Shown here piece after piece: positions 1-10,983 of a stretch of DNA of 64,000 nucleotides. The DNA is taken from positions 288,001-352,000 of the forward strand of contig CAYPFW010000001.1 in the NCBI GenBank assembly GCA_964410585.1, given 5' to 3'. The notes under the pieces are model-generated. The model searched no databases and had not been told where the DNA came from. It saw only the letters and a program-made list of their open reading frames with translations. Source of the DNA: an uncultured archaeon (GTDB taxonomy: Archaea; Aenigmatarchaeota; Aenigmatarchaeia; QMZP01; JACQNV01). Every line of letters starts with the position of its first letter. Position 1 is the first letter of the stretch. A program made the translations under genes and the position numbers.

Positions 1-3000
1 GCACCTGTATCGACTGTGAAGAATACTTGAGATGATGCAACATTGTTTGTTGAATCGTTTGCATAGATAACTATGTTGTTGGATCCTTCTGATGCTAAGA
101 ATGTTGTGTTTGGTGTGAATGTTGTGTTGGATTCACTGTTTAAACTATACCACCATTTGCTTATTGTTTCATCTGCTGTTACATTTAGTTGGACTGATGT
201 TGATCCGTATGTTGTGTTTGTTGGGGATGAGACTGTGATAGTTGGTGCTGTGTTGTCTATGCTTACACTCAAGGTTGTTGTTGTGTTTGAGTTTCCTGCA
301 TAATCATATACTGTTACTGTTAGTTGGTTTGTTCCTTCTGTTGGTGAGGATTTGATTGTACATGAACCCGTGTACAGGGAACCTGATTGTAGTGTTAGAG
401 TTGTGTTGGCTGTGCACACATTGCCTAGGTTAACTGTTGCATTTTGTATGCCTGAAGTTGAGTCTGTTAGAGTTGCTCTCAGTGTGATTGTGTCACCTGC
501 TTTTGCTTTTGTTTGTGAACCTGGATAAGTTGTTGAGTTGGATAGGACAGTTGGATTGGTTCGGTCAATTGTAAATGTTCTTGTTGCAGTTTGTGTGTTG
601 CCTGCTGTATCGTTTGCTGTTATTAGGACAGAATAGGTTCCTTCTGCAATTGTCGAGTTGGTGAAGTTCCATGAAGTGTATGAACCAACGTTTGAACCGA
701 AGATTGAATTATTGATTATTATTGTGTCTGAGTTTGTGTCAGATGCTGTTCCTAAAATGGATATTGTTGAGACTGATAAATTGGCGCTTATGGAAGGACT
801 TGTGATTGAGAGAGAAGGTGCAATTGTGTCAATTGTGAAGCTTCTTGTTGTTGATTGATTTGAATTTCCAACTGTATCATAAACTAGTACAGACCAATTG
901 TGGTTGCCATCTGCAATTGTTTTTGTAAATATGTATTCACCCGATATACCTGATGTATTTGTTTGGTTCAAAATGTTATCAATGTATAGTGAGACATTTT
1001 GTATTCCTGTTGAGTCTGTTGCTGTTATGTTGAATGTAAGTGAACTAGATGATTGGATCAAACTGTTTGCTGGTGAATTTAGTGTGAGTGATGGGTTTGT
1101 TGCATCAACTACAACCGATAAAGTAGTTGTTGTGTTTGAGTTAGATGCGAAATCTGTTGCTGTGACTGTTAGTGATTTTGTTCCTGAGGTTGCGCTGGAT
1201 AGTTGGCACGTGTTTGTGTAGGATGTGCTTGAACCCTGTTTGTTTAGAGCTAGAGTTGATGAACATCCTAGATCCTGTGCGTTTACAGTAACTGTTTGTA
1301 CTCCAGTTGTTGCATCTGTCACTGTTGCATTTAGGGTAACTGTTTGACCGTTTGTTGCTGAAGTTTGTGAACCTGGATAGGTTGTTGAACGGGCTGTGAC
1401 TGCTGGATTGGATGAATCTATTGTTACTGTTCTTGAATCTGAGACTACTAAGTTTCCAGCTGAATCGTTGACATGAACTCTGTATGTTTTTGTTCCGTCT
1501 GATTGACCAGACAAAGTTATGTTGCATGCTGAACCAATCCTTGTCATTGATTGGTTAGTTGAACCATCATCAAACAGACAGTTGTTTGGATTTGTTTCTG
1601 TGAATGTTAGGTTAACTGTGTAGGATGTTGAAGATTGGTTTGAGCCAGATGCCGGAGTTGGTGAGACAAAACTCAAGGATGTTGGGGATGTGTCATCGAT
1701 TGCAACATTTGCAACTGTAACTGTTGAATTTGAGTTCGCTGAATTGTCTGTTGCATTGATTCTGAATGTGTAGTTTCCATCTGCTACACTGGATACTGAG
1801 AAGGTTGCATTCCATAAATTGCCAGATGGGTTTGTCATTGAAACCCAAGAACCGTTTGTACTGGAATTTTCGTATCTGTATTGGACTGAAGACAAACCAT
1901 CTGAATCTGCGGCAGTTGCGTTGACTACAAAGTTGGATGTGTAGTAACCTGATGTTGGTGTATTTATACTAACTGAACTTGGTGAGTCTGCGACAACAAA
2001 ACTCGATGTTCCTGTCTGGTTTACATTTCCTGCTGAATCATTGAACCACCATAACCACCTGACTGTTTGACCTGCTGTAGCGGTTATTGTTTTTGTTTTT
2101 GTCAGGACTGAACCAGATGTATAGGAAGCAGCTGAGTCATTTGTGAATGAACCTGCTCCATTATCAAAGCTGAAAATATATTTATCTGGGTTTGTGTCTG
2201 TCAAAGTTATGTTGAATTGGATTGATTGGCCTGTTTTTGTTGTACTTGATCCATTTGTTTGGTTAGCTGACCAGGTTGGGTTTGTTGCATCTACTTCAAC
2301 TGAAAAGGAAATAGATGTATTAGAATTTCCTGCAAAATCTGTTGCATTTATTGGAAGGACTTTTGTTCCTGAAGATGCGCCAGACAGCTGGCATGTATTT
2401 GAATAGCTGTTGCTTGAACCTTGTCTATTCAAAGCTAGAGATCCACTACAACCTAATTGAGAAGCATCGACAACAATTGTATTAATTCCTGTTCCAGAAT
2501 CTGTAACTCCTGTTGTATTCAAAATTATTGTTTGACCGTTCCCTATCATGCTTTGGCCAGATGGATAGTTAACTGTTTGCGAACTTATTGTAGGGATTCC
2601 TGTATCAAGTGTGTTTGTCCTTGAAGATGTTGAACCAACATTTCCTGCTGTATCATTGAAATATGTTTTGAAAGAATATGTTCCATCGTTTCTTCCTGTC
2701 CTATTAAGCGAACATATGCTTCCAGACCTTGTCATTGTATAATTGACTACTGAGCCTGTGTCATTTGATTCGAGCAAACATGTGTCTGGGTTTGTTTCTG
2801 TTAAAGCTATTTCTACATTATACCAATTCTGAGAAAGGTTAGCATTGTTTGCAGCTGTTTGGGAATTGTAGGATGCTGTTGGCGCAGTTGTGTCAACACT
2901 GAACCGTATTGTTGCTGTATTGCTGTTTCCAACTGCATCTGTTGCTGTTATTTGGATTGAATATGTACCGTCTGCCATTGATGTGTTGGTGAAATTAAAT

Positions 3001-5336
3001 GAACTGAAAGAACCAACATTTGAACCGAAAATAGAATTGTTCACAACAACATCAGATGCAGATCCTTGGTTAGTTTCTGTGACTGTTCCTGTGATGTTGA
3101 TTCTAACACTCGACACATTTTGGTTAGTTGTTGGCGATGTGATTGAGATTGTTGGTGATGTGTCATCGACTGTTAGAGTTAGGGTTGTTGTTGCAAAGTT
3201 GTTTACTGTGTCATTTGCGTAGAATTTTAAAACACACGAACCATCTGTAGCTGTGCATCCGAGAGCAGATGCTGTTGTGTTGGTTTGGTATTTGTTTGAT
3301 CCAATTGAGGACATTGTTATGTTGGTTAGATTGCCTACAATTACAGTTGATACGCCACTCGAATCTGTTGCTGTGATGTTGATTTGAAGCCCTGTTGTTG
3401 ATTTGACTTTGTTGTCTGTGTCATTTGTTGAGACTGAACTAAGAGTTGGTGCACCTGTATCGACTGTGAAGAATACTTGAGATGATGCAACATTGTTTGT
3501 TGAATCGTTTGCATAGATAACTATGTTGTTGGATCCTTCTGATGCTAAGAATGTTGTGTTTGGTGTGAATGTTGTGTTGGATTCACTGTTTAAACTATAC
3601 CACCATTTGCTTATTGTTTCATCTGCTGTTACATTTAGTTGGACTGATGTTGATCCGTATGTTGTGTTTGTTGGGGATGAGACTGTGATAGTTGGTGCTG
3701 TGTTGTCTATGCTTACACTCAAGGTTGTTGTTGTGTTTGAGTTTCCTGCATAATCATATACTGTTACTGTTAGTTGGTTTGTTCCTTCTGTTGGTGAGGA
3801 TTTGATTGTACATGAACCCGTGTACAGGGAACCTGATTGTAGTGTTAGAGTTGTGTTGGCTGTGCACACATTGCCTAGGTTAACTGTTGCATTTTGTATG
3901 CCTGAAGTTGAGTCTGTTAGAGTTGCTCTCAGTGTGATTGTGTCACCTGCTTTTGCTTTTGTTTGTGAACCTGGATAAGTTGTTGAGTTGGATAGGACAG
4001 TTGGATTGGTTCGGTCAATTGTAAATGTTCTTGTTGCAGTTTGTGTGTTGCCTGCTGTATCGTTTGCTGTTATTAGGACAGAATAGGTTCCTTCTGCAAT
4101 TGTCGAGTTGGTGAAGTTCCATGAAGTGTATGAACCAACGTTTGAACCGAAGATTGAATTATTGATTATTATTGTGTCTGAGTTTGTGTCAGATGCTGTT
4201 CCTAAAATGGATATTGTTGAGACTGATAAATTGGCGCTTATGGAAGGACTTGTGATTGAGAGAGAAGGTGCAATTGTGTCAATTGTGAAGCTTCTTGTTG
4301 TTGATTGATTTGAATTTCCAACTGTATCATAAACTAGTACAGACCAATTGTGGTTGCCATCTGCAATTGTTTTTGTAAATATGTATTCACCCGATATACC
4401 TGATGTATTTGTTTGGTTCAAAATGTTATCAATGTATAGTGAGACATTTTGTATTCCTGTTGAGTCTGTTGCTGTTATGTTGAATGTAAGTGAACTAGAT
4501 GATTGGATCAAACTGTTTGCTGGTGAATTTAGTGTGAGTGATGGGTTTGTTGCATCAACTACAACCGATAAAGTAGTTGTTGTGTTTGAGTTAGATGCGA
4601 AATCTGTTGCTGTGACTGTTAGTGATTTTGTTCCTGAGGTTGCGCTGGATAGTTGGCACGTGTTTGTGTAGGATGTGCTTGAACCCTGTTTGTTTAGAGC
4701 TAGAGTTGATGAACATCCTAGATCCTGTGCGTTTACAGTAACTGTTTGTACTCCAGTTGTTGCATCTGTCACTGTTGCATTTAGGGTAACTGTTTGACCG
4801 TTTGTTGCTGAAGTTTGTGAACCTGGATAGGTTGTTGAACGGGCTGTGACTGCTGGATTGGATGAATCTATTGTTACTGTTCTTGAATCTGAGACTACTA
4901 AGTTTCCAGCTGAATCGTTGACATGAACTCTGTATGTTTTTGTTCCGTCTGATTGACCAGACAAAGTTATGTTGCATGCTGAACCAATCCTTGTCATTGA
5001 TTGGTTAGTTGAACCATCATCAAACAGACAGTTGTTTGGATTTGTTTCTGTGAATGTTAGGTTAACTGTGTAGGATGTTGAAGATTGGTTTGAGCCAGAT
5101 GCCGGAGTTGGTGAGACAAAACTCAAGGATGTTGGGGATGTGTCATCGATTGCAACATTTGCAACTGTAACTGTTGAATTTGAGTTCGCTGAATTGTCTG
5201 TTGCATTGATTCTGAATGTGTAGTTTCCATCTGCTACACTGGATACTGAGAAGGTTGCATTCCATAAATTGCCAGATGGGTTTGTCATTGAAACCCAAGA
5301 ACCGTTTGTACTGGAATTTTCGTATCTGTATTGGAC
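1..5336. repeat. Long direct repeat inside the giant gene: 1..1886 = 3451..5336 (period 3450 bp = 1150 codons)
   Basis: Sequence lines match by eye and the shadow ORFs are duplicated exactly (73/3523, 658/4108, 898/4348, 1141/4591). Identity ends after ...ctgtattggac at 1886/5336. Confidence 0.95.
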
Positions 5337-8300
5337 AGTTGAAACTGCTGTGTCATCTGTGACTGTTGCATTGACAACAAAGTTTGAGTTGTACCAGCCT
5401 GCTGTTGGGGTGTTTAGAGTGACTGAAGGAGCTGTTGTATCTCCTGCTGAAATTGTCAGGGTCCTCGTTGCAGATTGGTTTGAGTTTCCAGAAGTATCGT
5501 ATGCTAATATTGACCAATTATGTCCACCAGATGAAAGGGATTTACTGAATGTATATTCTCCAGAAACCCCAGAGGTGTTTGTTGTATTTGCCACCCCATC
5601 AATGTATAGAGTCACATTTGCTACCCCCCCAGAATCTGTGACTGTTGTGTTAAATGTGACAGGGGAACTTGTGGAAGCTGCATCTGCTGGAGAGTTTAAA
5701 ACAACAGATGGATTGGTTGTATCAGGCCCTGCAGCTGTGCCAACTGTAAATTGTCTAGTTGCTGAGTTTGTTGTATCTGTCCCGTCGTTTGCGTCTGCTC
5801 TCCAGTAGTAGGTGCTATTAGGTAATCTAAACAAGTCTGTTATTTCTGCTGTTGTTAATGTTCTATTAAAGAGTGCGAGACCGTCAATTGTCCCGTTCCA
5901 TTGTCGTGCAGCGGAAAAAGAATCATGACCGATGTTCCATGTACCGCTCGCTGTTTTAACCGCATTCGCATTTGTATCTGTATATGTTTGCAGTGTTCCA
6001 TTTGGATGACCGAGATAGACAGTAACACCCGTAGAAGATACAGCAGCGGCAGCCAAATACCAATTGTTTGTTGACATTACTAAACCTGTTGCCGCATTCC
6101 ACTCATTAGAAGCATCGTCCCAAGAAAATGTAAGTGGGAATCCACTTGCTTGACTTAAAACCAAACCTCTATGGCCGCCCCCCTGTCTACTGCTTGCTAT
6201 TGCTTCCGAGGCAGCTAGCGCCTTTGGATAAACCCATGCAAGCATTGTGAAATTATTTGTATTTGGAACGTTGCTGGATATTGTTGTGCTGACATAATCA
6301 CCACTACTTGCTCCTCTTAATTGCAATCCACCCGCATGGTAGCCTCCTGTTGTGTTTATGAAAGCATTGCCGTTCAGTGTTCCGTGCTGTGCTAGGGTTG
6401 AGTAATCGCTAGCGTTTTTATCAAAATTCCAATAAGATACTAATCCCAGGGCATTGTTTGCATATAGAGAACTGACTACTGGACTTGTCCAATTGTACGT
6501 TAATGTTGTCCCGTTTGATATTCCACTAAAGAAAGCTATCAAATTAGATGCAGACGAGTTGTCTCCATAGATTGAGACATTCAAAGTGTCTGCATCTGGG
6601 TCTGTTACTGTTGTGTTCAAAAGTCTAAATGTTGCTGTGTCAGTTGATGCATTTGCCGGAGAATTAAGTGTTGGAGCAGAAGGTACTGTGTTAGCAACTG
6701 TGAATTGGTTTGTTGCTGATGTTGTTGTGCTTGTTCCGTCTGTTGCGTCTACTTTCCAATAGTAGGTGTCATATCCTAGCCTATAAAGATCTGTTATTTC
6801 AGAGGATGACAGAGAACGGTTAAAAATTGCTACGTCGTCTATTATACCGTTCCAATCTCTTGCTGTATTAGAAGAGTCTCGACCAATATACCAATCACCC
6901 TCTATTGTCTGAGCAGAATTTGAATTACTGTTTGTATATGATTGCAAAGTTCCTCCAGGACTCCCGAGATAAACAACTGCATTTCCTGAATTTATAACAA
7001 CTGCAGCAAAATACCATTGTCCTGTTGATAATGTCAATCCTGTAGCTCCGTTATATTCATTGTCGGCATTATCCCAAGAGAATGTTAGAGGATTACCAGC
7101 TGCTCCACTTAAAAATAAACCTCTGTTTCCACCACCTGCACGACTTCCCAATATCGATTTATAGCTTGCGATTGAATTTGCTTTAACCCACGCTATCATT
7201 GTTCCAGTAGTTAAACTTGTTCCTGCTCCACTGGCCATTGTAAAAGTATCATAATCTCCAGTGCCATCTAATTGGAGACCGCCTGCAAAATATCCACCAG
7301 TTGTGTTTACAAAGGCGTTGCCGTTGTGCGTTGCTGTTTGCCCTCTTCCAGAGAAATCAGAAGCGTTTTTGTCAAAATTCCAGTAGCCAACTAAACCTGT
7401 GCTGCCACTTGGATAAAGTGAGCCAACTGGGAGAGATGTGAAATTGTACGTGAGCTCTGTTCCTGTTGTTGGGTTTTGGAAGAATGCTAAAAGACTGGAA
7501 GCTGTTGTGTTGTCACCATATATTGAAACGTTTATTGCATCTCCATCAGCATCTGTTGGTGCTGTTGTATTTAGTAATCTGAAAGAAGGCTTTGCTGTCG
7601 ATGCATTGCTAGGAGAGTTAAATGTTGGTGTACCCGGAGCATTGTTTCCAACTGTGAATTGGTTTGTTGCAGAGGTTGTTGTTGCAGAGCCGTCATTTGC
7701 ATCTGCTTTCCAGTAGTAGGTTCCATTTCCAAGAGAATATAGAGATGCTATTTCAGCAGACGACAATATTCTATTCCATATCCCAACCTCATCAATTTTA
7801 CCGTTGAACTCATCTGTAGTGAGACTATATGTACTTGACCCAATGGTAACATTTGTTGCATCCTGTATCATGTCATTAGTTATGCTTGTACTATTTTTTA
7901 CAAGAACTCCATTTACATAAAGAAGAACTGTATTTGTAGCATCATCCCTCGATCCCACTACATGAACCCATTGTCCTATTGGAATTGGGTCGGTAGAAGT
8001 TACTGTTTGCCAACTGCTACTTCTCCAATAAAAAGTTAATTGTTCTGTGGGGTCTAATCTCAAATCATATTGAGTGAGACCAGTACTAAGACCCCTTTTG
8101 TTAACGATCTCTTTATATGCAGTATCATTTACAGCATTTATCCATGCAGTTATAGTAACCTTTCCTGTTGAAATATTTAGAGACTGAGAATAAGGTATCT
8201 TTATGTAGTCTGTCACACCATCAAATTGAGCTGCTCCTCCTAGCTTTCCATTGGTTTTATTAAAGAAGGCTCCGCTAATAGTTCCGTTGTTATTGTTTCC

Positions 8301-10118
8301 AGAATAATCATTTGCATCAGAATCTAGTTTCCAATATGCCATCAAGCCTGTATCTCCACTGAAAACAGTTGATATTGTTGGTGCCGTCCAGTTGTATGTC
8401 AAAGTTGTTCCACTTGCTTGGTTTTGGAAGAAAGCAATAAGTTCTGTTGATGTTGAGTTGTCACCATATATAGAAACATTCATTGGGTCTGAATCTGGGT
8501 CTGAGACTGTGATGTTAAGGAGCCTGTGTGAATGTTTTGCTGTTGATGCGTTTGTGGGTGAATTAAGAGTTGGTCCAGTTGGCGCTGGATCCACAATGTG
8601 ATCAAACTGAACAGAACCACCCAAAACTTTCAAATCAAACCTGTCTTGGGTTCCTTGGAGATTGGTTAAATAAATCTTGTTGTATTGGTTGTCGTTGAGA
8701 GATGAAAATTCTGCTATTAGAGTTGTTTCTCCAATTTCGTATATTTCAACTCTCGGGGTCCCAGAAATTGTTCTTGGATATAAGGTGATATCATTTACAT
8801 TTGTTAGGTTTTGCTCAAATGTTACTCTGACATAATCACCTGAAGGTATTGTTTCAGACCAAACACCATCAAGGGACTTTGCTTCATTGTAAATATCGGA
8901 GATGAATACTCTATTGGTGTCTAAGTGATCTGCCTTTGTTATGTTGATTATTCCTCCAGCATATCCAGAGAAGTGCGACACTGTAAATGTGATCGTATCA
9001 CCATTATCAGCAAAAGGAATTTGAGTTTGTGTCCAAGAAGAAGGGCAATTAAAGTTTTCAACATCAAAATCTGAACATTCAAAAATTGCGTCGACTTCGC
9101 CTTGTTTTGGTAGGGTCAAAGTTGCGTTGTCTATTTCAATTTCAGGGGAAGCAAATACAACTGATTTTAATTTTTCATCTGGATAGACATCTGTCCTAAA
9201 CTTCAATTTTTCAGGCAAAGTTTTCAAACCCTTTATTTTCACACCTGGTTTTGGAGGCGCTCCAACTTGAAGACCAGTCAAAAGACCTGTCAAAGAGAAA
9301 TCAAAATCAGATGGAAGGTCTATTTCTATATCATATTCGCCTTCATCTGTTTCTGTAACTTTGTGGAAAGCTATTTCGTTTCCTTCCTTGTCGAAAATAT
9401 CTATTCTATTAGCTGTATTTATTTTTTCTTCAACACCATAATCAATTGAATTTACTGTGATTTGTGTTCCAACAACTTCAAAAACAATTTTATAAAAACT
9501 CTCATTAAAATCAATCAATTCGCAAGAAGCGACACACACCGAACTAAACTTGACTTTCTTTGGTTTTTTCTCTTTTTCAACTATTACACCAACATATCCC
9601 TCTTCTGTGATATTTAATTCCTCTGGAATTCTTTCTGTGATATCTGTTTCTTCTTCAAGCGGTTGCTCCAACTCATCTAGAGTTGAAATGTCTTGCGGAA
9701 TATCTTCAAAAGGAACTTCTTCAGATACAAAATCACCTTGAATAAAGTCGCCTTGTCTTTTAGAAGAGTCAAAAAGTAAATACCTCTCACCTTCTTTTTC
9801 AACAAAAATTTTGACAAGGCCTTTGTCCTCAAACTCACCTGAAACTTTTAGACTAGAAATAGAAACTTTTTCTGGGAGAACCCAGATATAATCACCTGTT
9901 CTATCGAAAACCACATTAACTGGATCTGATTTTATTTTCTCTACACCAACAACTGAACCGGAAAGTTCAGGAGAAAAATTATTTTCAACACCCAGGAAAG
10001 AATCAATAAACAAATATGAACTTAAAAGAAAAATTGTTATTGTCAAAACAAAGGACAATTTACTCTTAAAATTCCTAGCTCTACTACGAGAAAAAGTACG
10101 CTGCCCCCCTTTACGCAT
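1..10118 (-). CDS. Giant secreted/cell-surface protein (>3370 aa, 3' end outside the window): N-terminal TM/signal segment, three LamG/ConA-like domains, many Thr/Ser/Asn-rich Ig-like repeats
   Basis: ATG at 10118 (MRKGGQRTFSRSRARNFKSKLSFVLTITIFLLSSYLFI). The same frame reads as protein at spot checks (VQFDHIVDPAP near 8600; SQVFFTVDTG at 3-32). LamG-type motifs LVGYWNFD and FNGKIDEVGIWNRILSSAEIASLY recur at about 5820-6450, 6780-7400 and 7735-8350. Frame spot-checked, not read codon by codon. Confidence 0.88.
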   Translation of the reverse strand, partial: MRKGGQRTFSRSRARNFKSKLSFVLTITIFLLSSYLFIDSFLGVENNFSPELSGSVVGVEKIKSDPVNVVFDRTGDYIWVLPEKVSISSLKVSGEFEDKGLVKIFVEKEGERYLLFDSSKRQGDFIQGDFVSEEVPFEDIPQDISTLDELEQPLEEETDITERIPEELNITEEGYVGVIVEKEKKPKKVKFSSVCVASCELIDFNESFYKIVFEVVGTQITVNSIDYGVEEKINTANRIDIFDKEGNEIAFHKVTETDEGEYDIEIDLPSDFDFSLTGLLTGLQVGAPPKPGVKIKGLKTLPEKLKFRTDVYPDEKLKSVVFASPEIEIDNATLTLPKQGEVDAIFECSDFDVENFNCPSSWTQTQIPFADNGDTITFTVSHFSGYAGGIINITKADHLDTNRVFISDIYNEAKSLDGVWSETIPSGDYVRVTFEQNLTNVNDITLYPRTISGTPRVEIYEIGETTLIAEFSSLNDNQYNKIYLTNLQGTQDRFDLKVLGGSVQFDHIVDPAPTGPTLNSPTNASTAKHSHRLLNITVSDPDSDPMNVSIYGDNSTSTELIAFFQNQASGTTLTYNWTAPTISTVFSGDTGLMAYWKLDSDANDYSGNNNNGTISGAFFNKTNGKLGGAAQFDGVTDYIKIPYSQSLNISTGKVTITAWINAVNDTAYKEIVNKRGLSTGLTQYDLRLDPTEQLTFYWRSSSWQTVTSTDPIPIGQWVHVVGSRDDATNTVLLYVNGVLVKNSTSITNDMIQDATNVTIGSSTYSLTTDEFNGKIDEVGIWNRILSSAEIASLYSLGNGTYYWKADANDGSATTTSATNQFTVGNNAPGTPTFNSPSNASTAKPSFRLLNTTAPTDADGDAINVSIYGDNTTASSLLAFFQNPTTGTELTYNFTSLPVGSLYPSGSTGLVGYWNFDKNASDFSGRGQTATHNGNAFVNTTGGYFAGGLQLDGTGDYDTFTMASGAGTSLTTGTMIAWVKANSIASYKSILGSRAGGGNRGLFLSGAAGNPLTFSWDNADNEYNGATGLTLSTGQWYFAAVVINSGNAVVYLGSPGGTLQSYTNSNSNSAQTIEGDWYIGRDSSNTARDWNGIIDDVAIFNRSLSSSEITDLYRLGYDTYYWKVDATDGTSTTTSATNQFTVANTVPSAPTLNSPANASTDTATFRLLNTTVTDPDADTLNVSIYGDNSSASNLIAFFSGISNGTTLTYNWTSPVVSSLYANNALGLVSYWNFDKNASDYSTLAQHGTLNGNAFINTTGGYHAGGLQLRGASSGDYVSTTISSNVPNTNNFTMLAWVYPKALAASEAIASSRQGGGHRGLVLSQASGFPLTFSWDDASNEWNAATGLVMSTNNWYLAAAAVSSTGVTVYLGHPNGTLQTYTDTNANAVKTASGTWNIGHDSFSAARQWNGTIDGLALFNRTLTTAEITDLFRLPNSTYYWRADANDGTDTTNSATRQFTVGTAAGPDTTNPSVVLNSPADAASTSSPVTFNTTVTDSGGVANVTLYIDGVANTTNTSGVSGEYTFSKSLSSGGHNWSILAYDTSGNSNQSATRTLTISAGDTTAPSVTLNTPTAGWYNSNFVVNATVTDDTAVSTVQYRYENSSTNGSWVSMTNPSGNLWNATFSVSSVADGNYTFRINATDNSANSNSTVTVANVAIDDTSPTSLSFVSPTPASGSNQSSTSYTVNLTFTETNPNNCLFDDGSTNQSMTRIGSACNITLSGQSDGTKTYRVHVNDSAGNLVVSDSRTVTIDSSNPAVTARSTTYPGSQTSATNGQTVTLNATVTDATTGVQTVTVNAQDLGCSSTLALNKQGSSTSYTNTCQLSSATSGTKSLTVTATDFASNSNTTTTLSVVVDATNPSLTLNSPANSLIQSSSSLTFNITATDSTGIQNVSLYIDNILNQTNTSGISGEYIFTKTIADGNHNWSVLVYDTVGNSNQSTTRSFTIDTIAPSLSITSPSISANLSVSTISILGTASDTNSDTIIINNSIFGSNVGSYTSWNFTNSTIAEGTYSVLITANDTAGNTQTATRTFTIDRTNPTVLSNSTTYPGSQTKAKAGDTITLRATLTDSTSGIQNATVNLGNVCTANTTLTLQSGSLYTGSCTIKSSPTEGTNQLTVTVYDYAGNSNTTTTLSVSIDNTAPTITVSSPTNTTYGSTSVQLNVTADETISKWWYSLNSESNTTFTPNTTFLASEGSNNIVIYANDSTNNVASSQVFFTVDTGAPTLSSVSTNDTDNKVKSTTGLQINITATDSSGVSTVIVGNLTNITMSSIGSNKYQTNTTASALGCTATDGSCVLKFYANDTVNNFATTTLTLTVDDTSPTISITSPTTNQNVSSVRINITGTVTETNQGSASDVVVNNSIFGSNVGSFSSFNFTNTSMADGTYSIQITATDAVGNSNTATIRFSVDTTAPTASYNSQTAANNANLSQNWYNVEIALTETNPDTCLLESNDTGSVVNYTMTRSGSICSLNRTGRNDGTYSFKTYFNDTAGNVGSTSSRTNTLDTGIPTISSQTVNYPSGQSMIGNGQTIILNTTGVTDSGTGINTIVVDASQLGCSGSLALNRQGSSNSYSNTCQLSGASSGTKVLPINATDFAGNSNTSISFSVEVDATNPTWSANQTNGSSTTKTGQSIQFNITLTDTNPDKYIFSFDNGAGSFTNDSAASYTSGSVLTKTKTITATAGQTVRWLWWFNDSAGNVNQTGTSSFVVADSPSSVSINTPTSGYYTSNFVVNATAADSDGLSSVQYRYENSSTNGSWVSMTNPSGNLWNATFSVSSVADGNYTFRINATDNSANSNSTVTVANVAIDDTSPTSLSFVSPTPASGSNQSSTSYTVNLTFTETNPNNCLFDDGSTNQSMTRIGSACNITLSGQSDGTKTYRVHVNDSAGNLVVSDSRTVTIDSSNPAVTARSTTYPGSQTSATNGQTVTLNATVTDATTGVQTVTVNAQDLGCSSTLALNKQGSSTSYTNTCQLSSATSGTKSLTVTATDFASNSNTTTTLSVVVDATNPSLTLNSPANSLIQSSSSLTFNITATDSTGIQNVSLYIDNILNQTNTSGISGEYIFTKTIADGNHNWSVLVYDTVGNSNQSTTRSFTIDTIAPSLSITSPSISANLSVSTISILGTASDTNSDTIIINNSIFGSNVGSYTSWNFTNSTIAEGTYSVLITANDTAGNTQTATRTFTIDRTNPTVLSNSTTYPGSQTKAKAGDTITLRATLTDSTSGIQNATVNLGNVCTANTTLTLQSGSLYTGSCTIKSSPTEGTNQLTVTVYDYAGNSNTTTTLSVSIDNTAPTITVSSPTNTTYGSTSVQLNVTADETISKWWYSLNSESNTTFTPNTTFLASEGSNNIVIYANDSTNNVASSQVFFTVDTG

Positions 10119-10210
10119 AGAATAATATAATATATGTATAATAAATACTTTAATTTCGCATTTGGCTAATACCTATTTTGATATATATTTGGGAAAAGAC
10201 AAGAAATAGT

Positions 10211-10810
10211 ATGGTAGTTGATATTATCAGCACGACAGTGGCTCTTTTTGCAATAGTTGACCCATTTGCAGCTATTCCAATATTTCTAATTCTATTTGGA
10301 AAGACTAACAGAAAAAGACAAATAAGAGCAGCATTGGAAATAAGCATTGCAGCATTTGTGCTTCTTTTAATTTTCTCTTTAGGTGGCCTTCCGCTTCTCA
10401 ATCTTTTGGGAGTTTCTATACCAGCATTTATGATTGCTGGTGGAATCCTTCTTTTGATTTTATCATTTGATTTTCTACATGGGGAATTGCCTAGATCAAG
10501 ACGCATATCAACAAAAATTTCCGAGGCAATTGTTCCTATAGGAACACCGCTATTGGCTGGTCCTGGTGCAATCACAACTTCCATATATTTTACACAGCAA
10601 TCAGGTCTCCCTGTTGTTTTAGCTTCCTTATTCATAATATTTATTGTGTCCTTCCTTGCATTGTTTGGGAGTAGATTGATTTCTAAAGTTCTCGGAAACA
10701 GTGGATTGAGGATTTTAACAAGGATAATGGGATTGATTACTGCAGCTGTTGCTATCAGTTTAATAGAAAAGGCTTTTGTCATTTACGGCGTTTTGCCTGC
10801 TGTTTTTTGA
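10211..10810 (+). CDS. MarC family membrane protein
   Basis: LFAIVDPF, FMIAGGILLL, IVPIGTPLLAGPGAIT and RIMGLI motifs. Confidence 0.9.
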   Translation: MVVDIISTTVALFAIVDPFAAIPIFLILFGKTNRKRQIRAALEISIAAFVLLLIFSLGGLPLLNLLGVSIPAFMIAGGILLLILSFDFLHGELPRSRRISTKISEAIVPIGTPLLAGPGAITTSIYFTQQSGLPVVLASLFIIFIVSFLALFGSRLISKVLGNSGLRILTRIMGLITAAVAISLIEKAFVIYGVLPAVF

Positions 10811-10849
10811 TTTCTAATGTTTTTAAATAGAAAACTGTTGTATATTATT

Positions 10850-10983
10850 TGTAAAAGCTTTAGCAGAGGGTGTAATCAAGTGATGCGCATCAGCTCTGAA
10901 ATCAGATGCCGAAACTGGCAAAGCCAATTTCCAATTATTGCATGCCTTCTATTTTCGCTTAAGCTTTTTACAGAAAAGTTTAT
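10850..10983 (+). repeat. Degenerate repeat module R1 forming the endA 5' leader
   Basis: AGAGGGTGTAA...GCCTTCTATTTTCGCTTAAGCTTTTTACAGAAAAGTTT resembles R1 at 30283-30366; ends 2 nt before the ATG. Confidence 0.6.

Noticed and set aside
5800-8400. Three related LamG segments as a DGR template/variable repeat pair
   Set aside because: Divergence is general rather than adenine-specific, all copies are in-frame coding, and no reverse transcriptase is visible.
73-9741. Many short Val-rich plus-strand ORFs and the two 128-aa minus ORFs in the track
   Set aside because: Shadow frames of the giant Thr-rich minus-strand gene.
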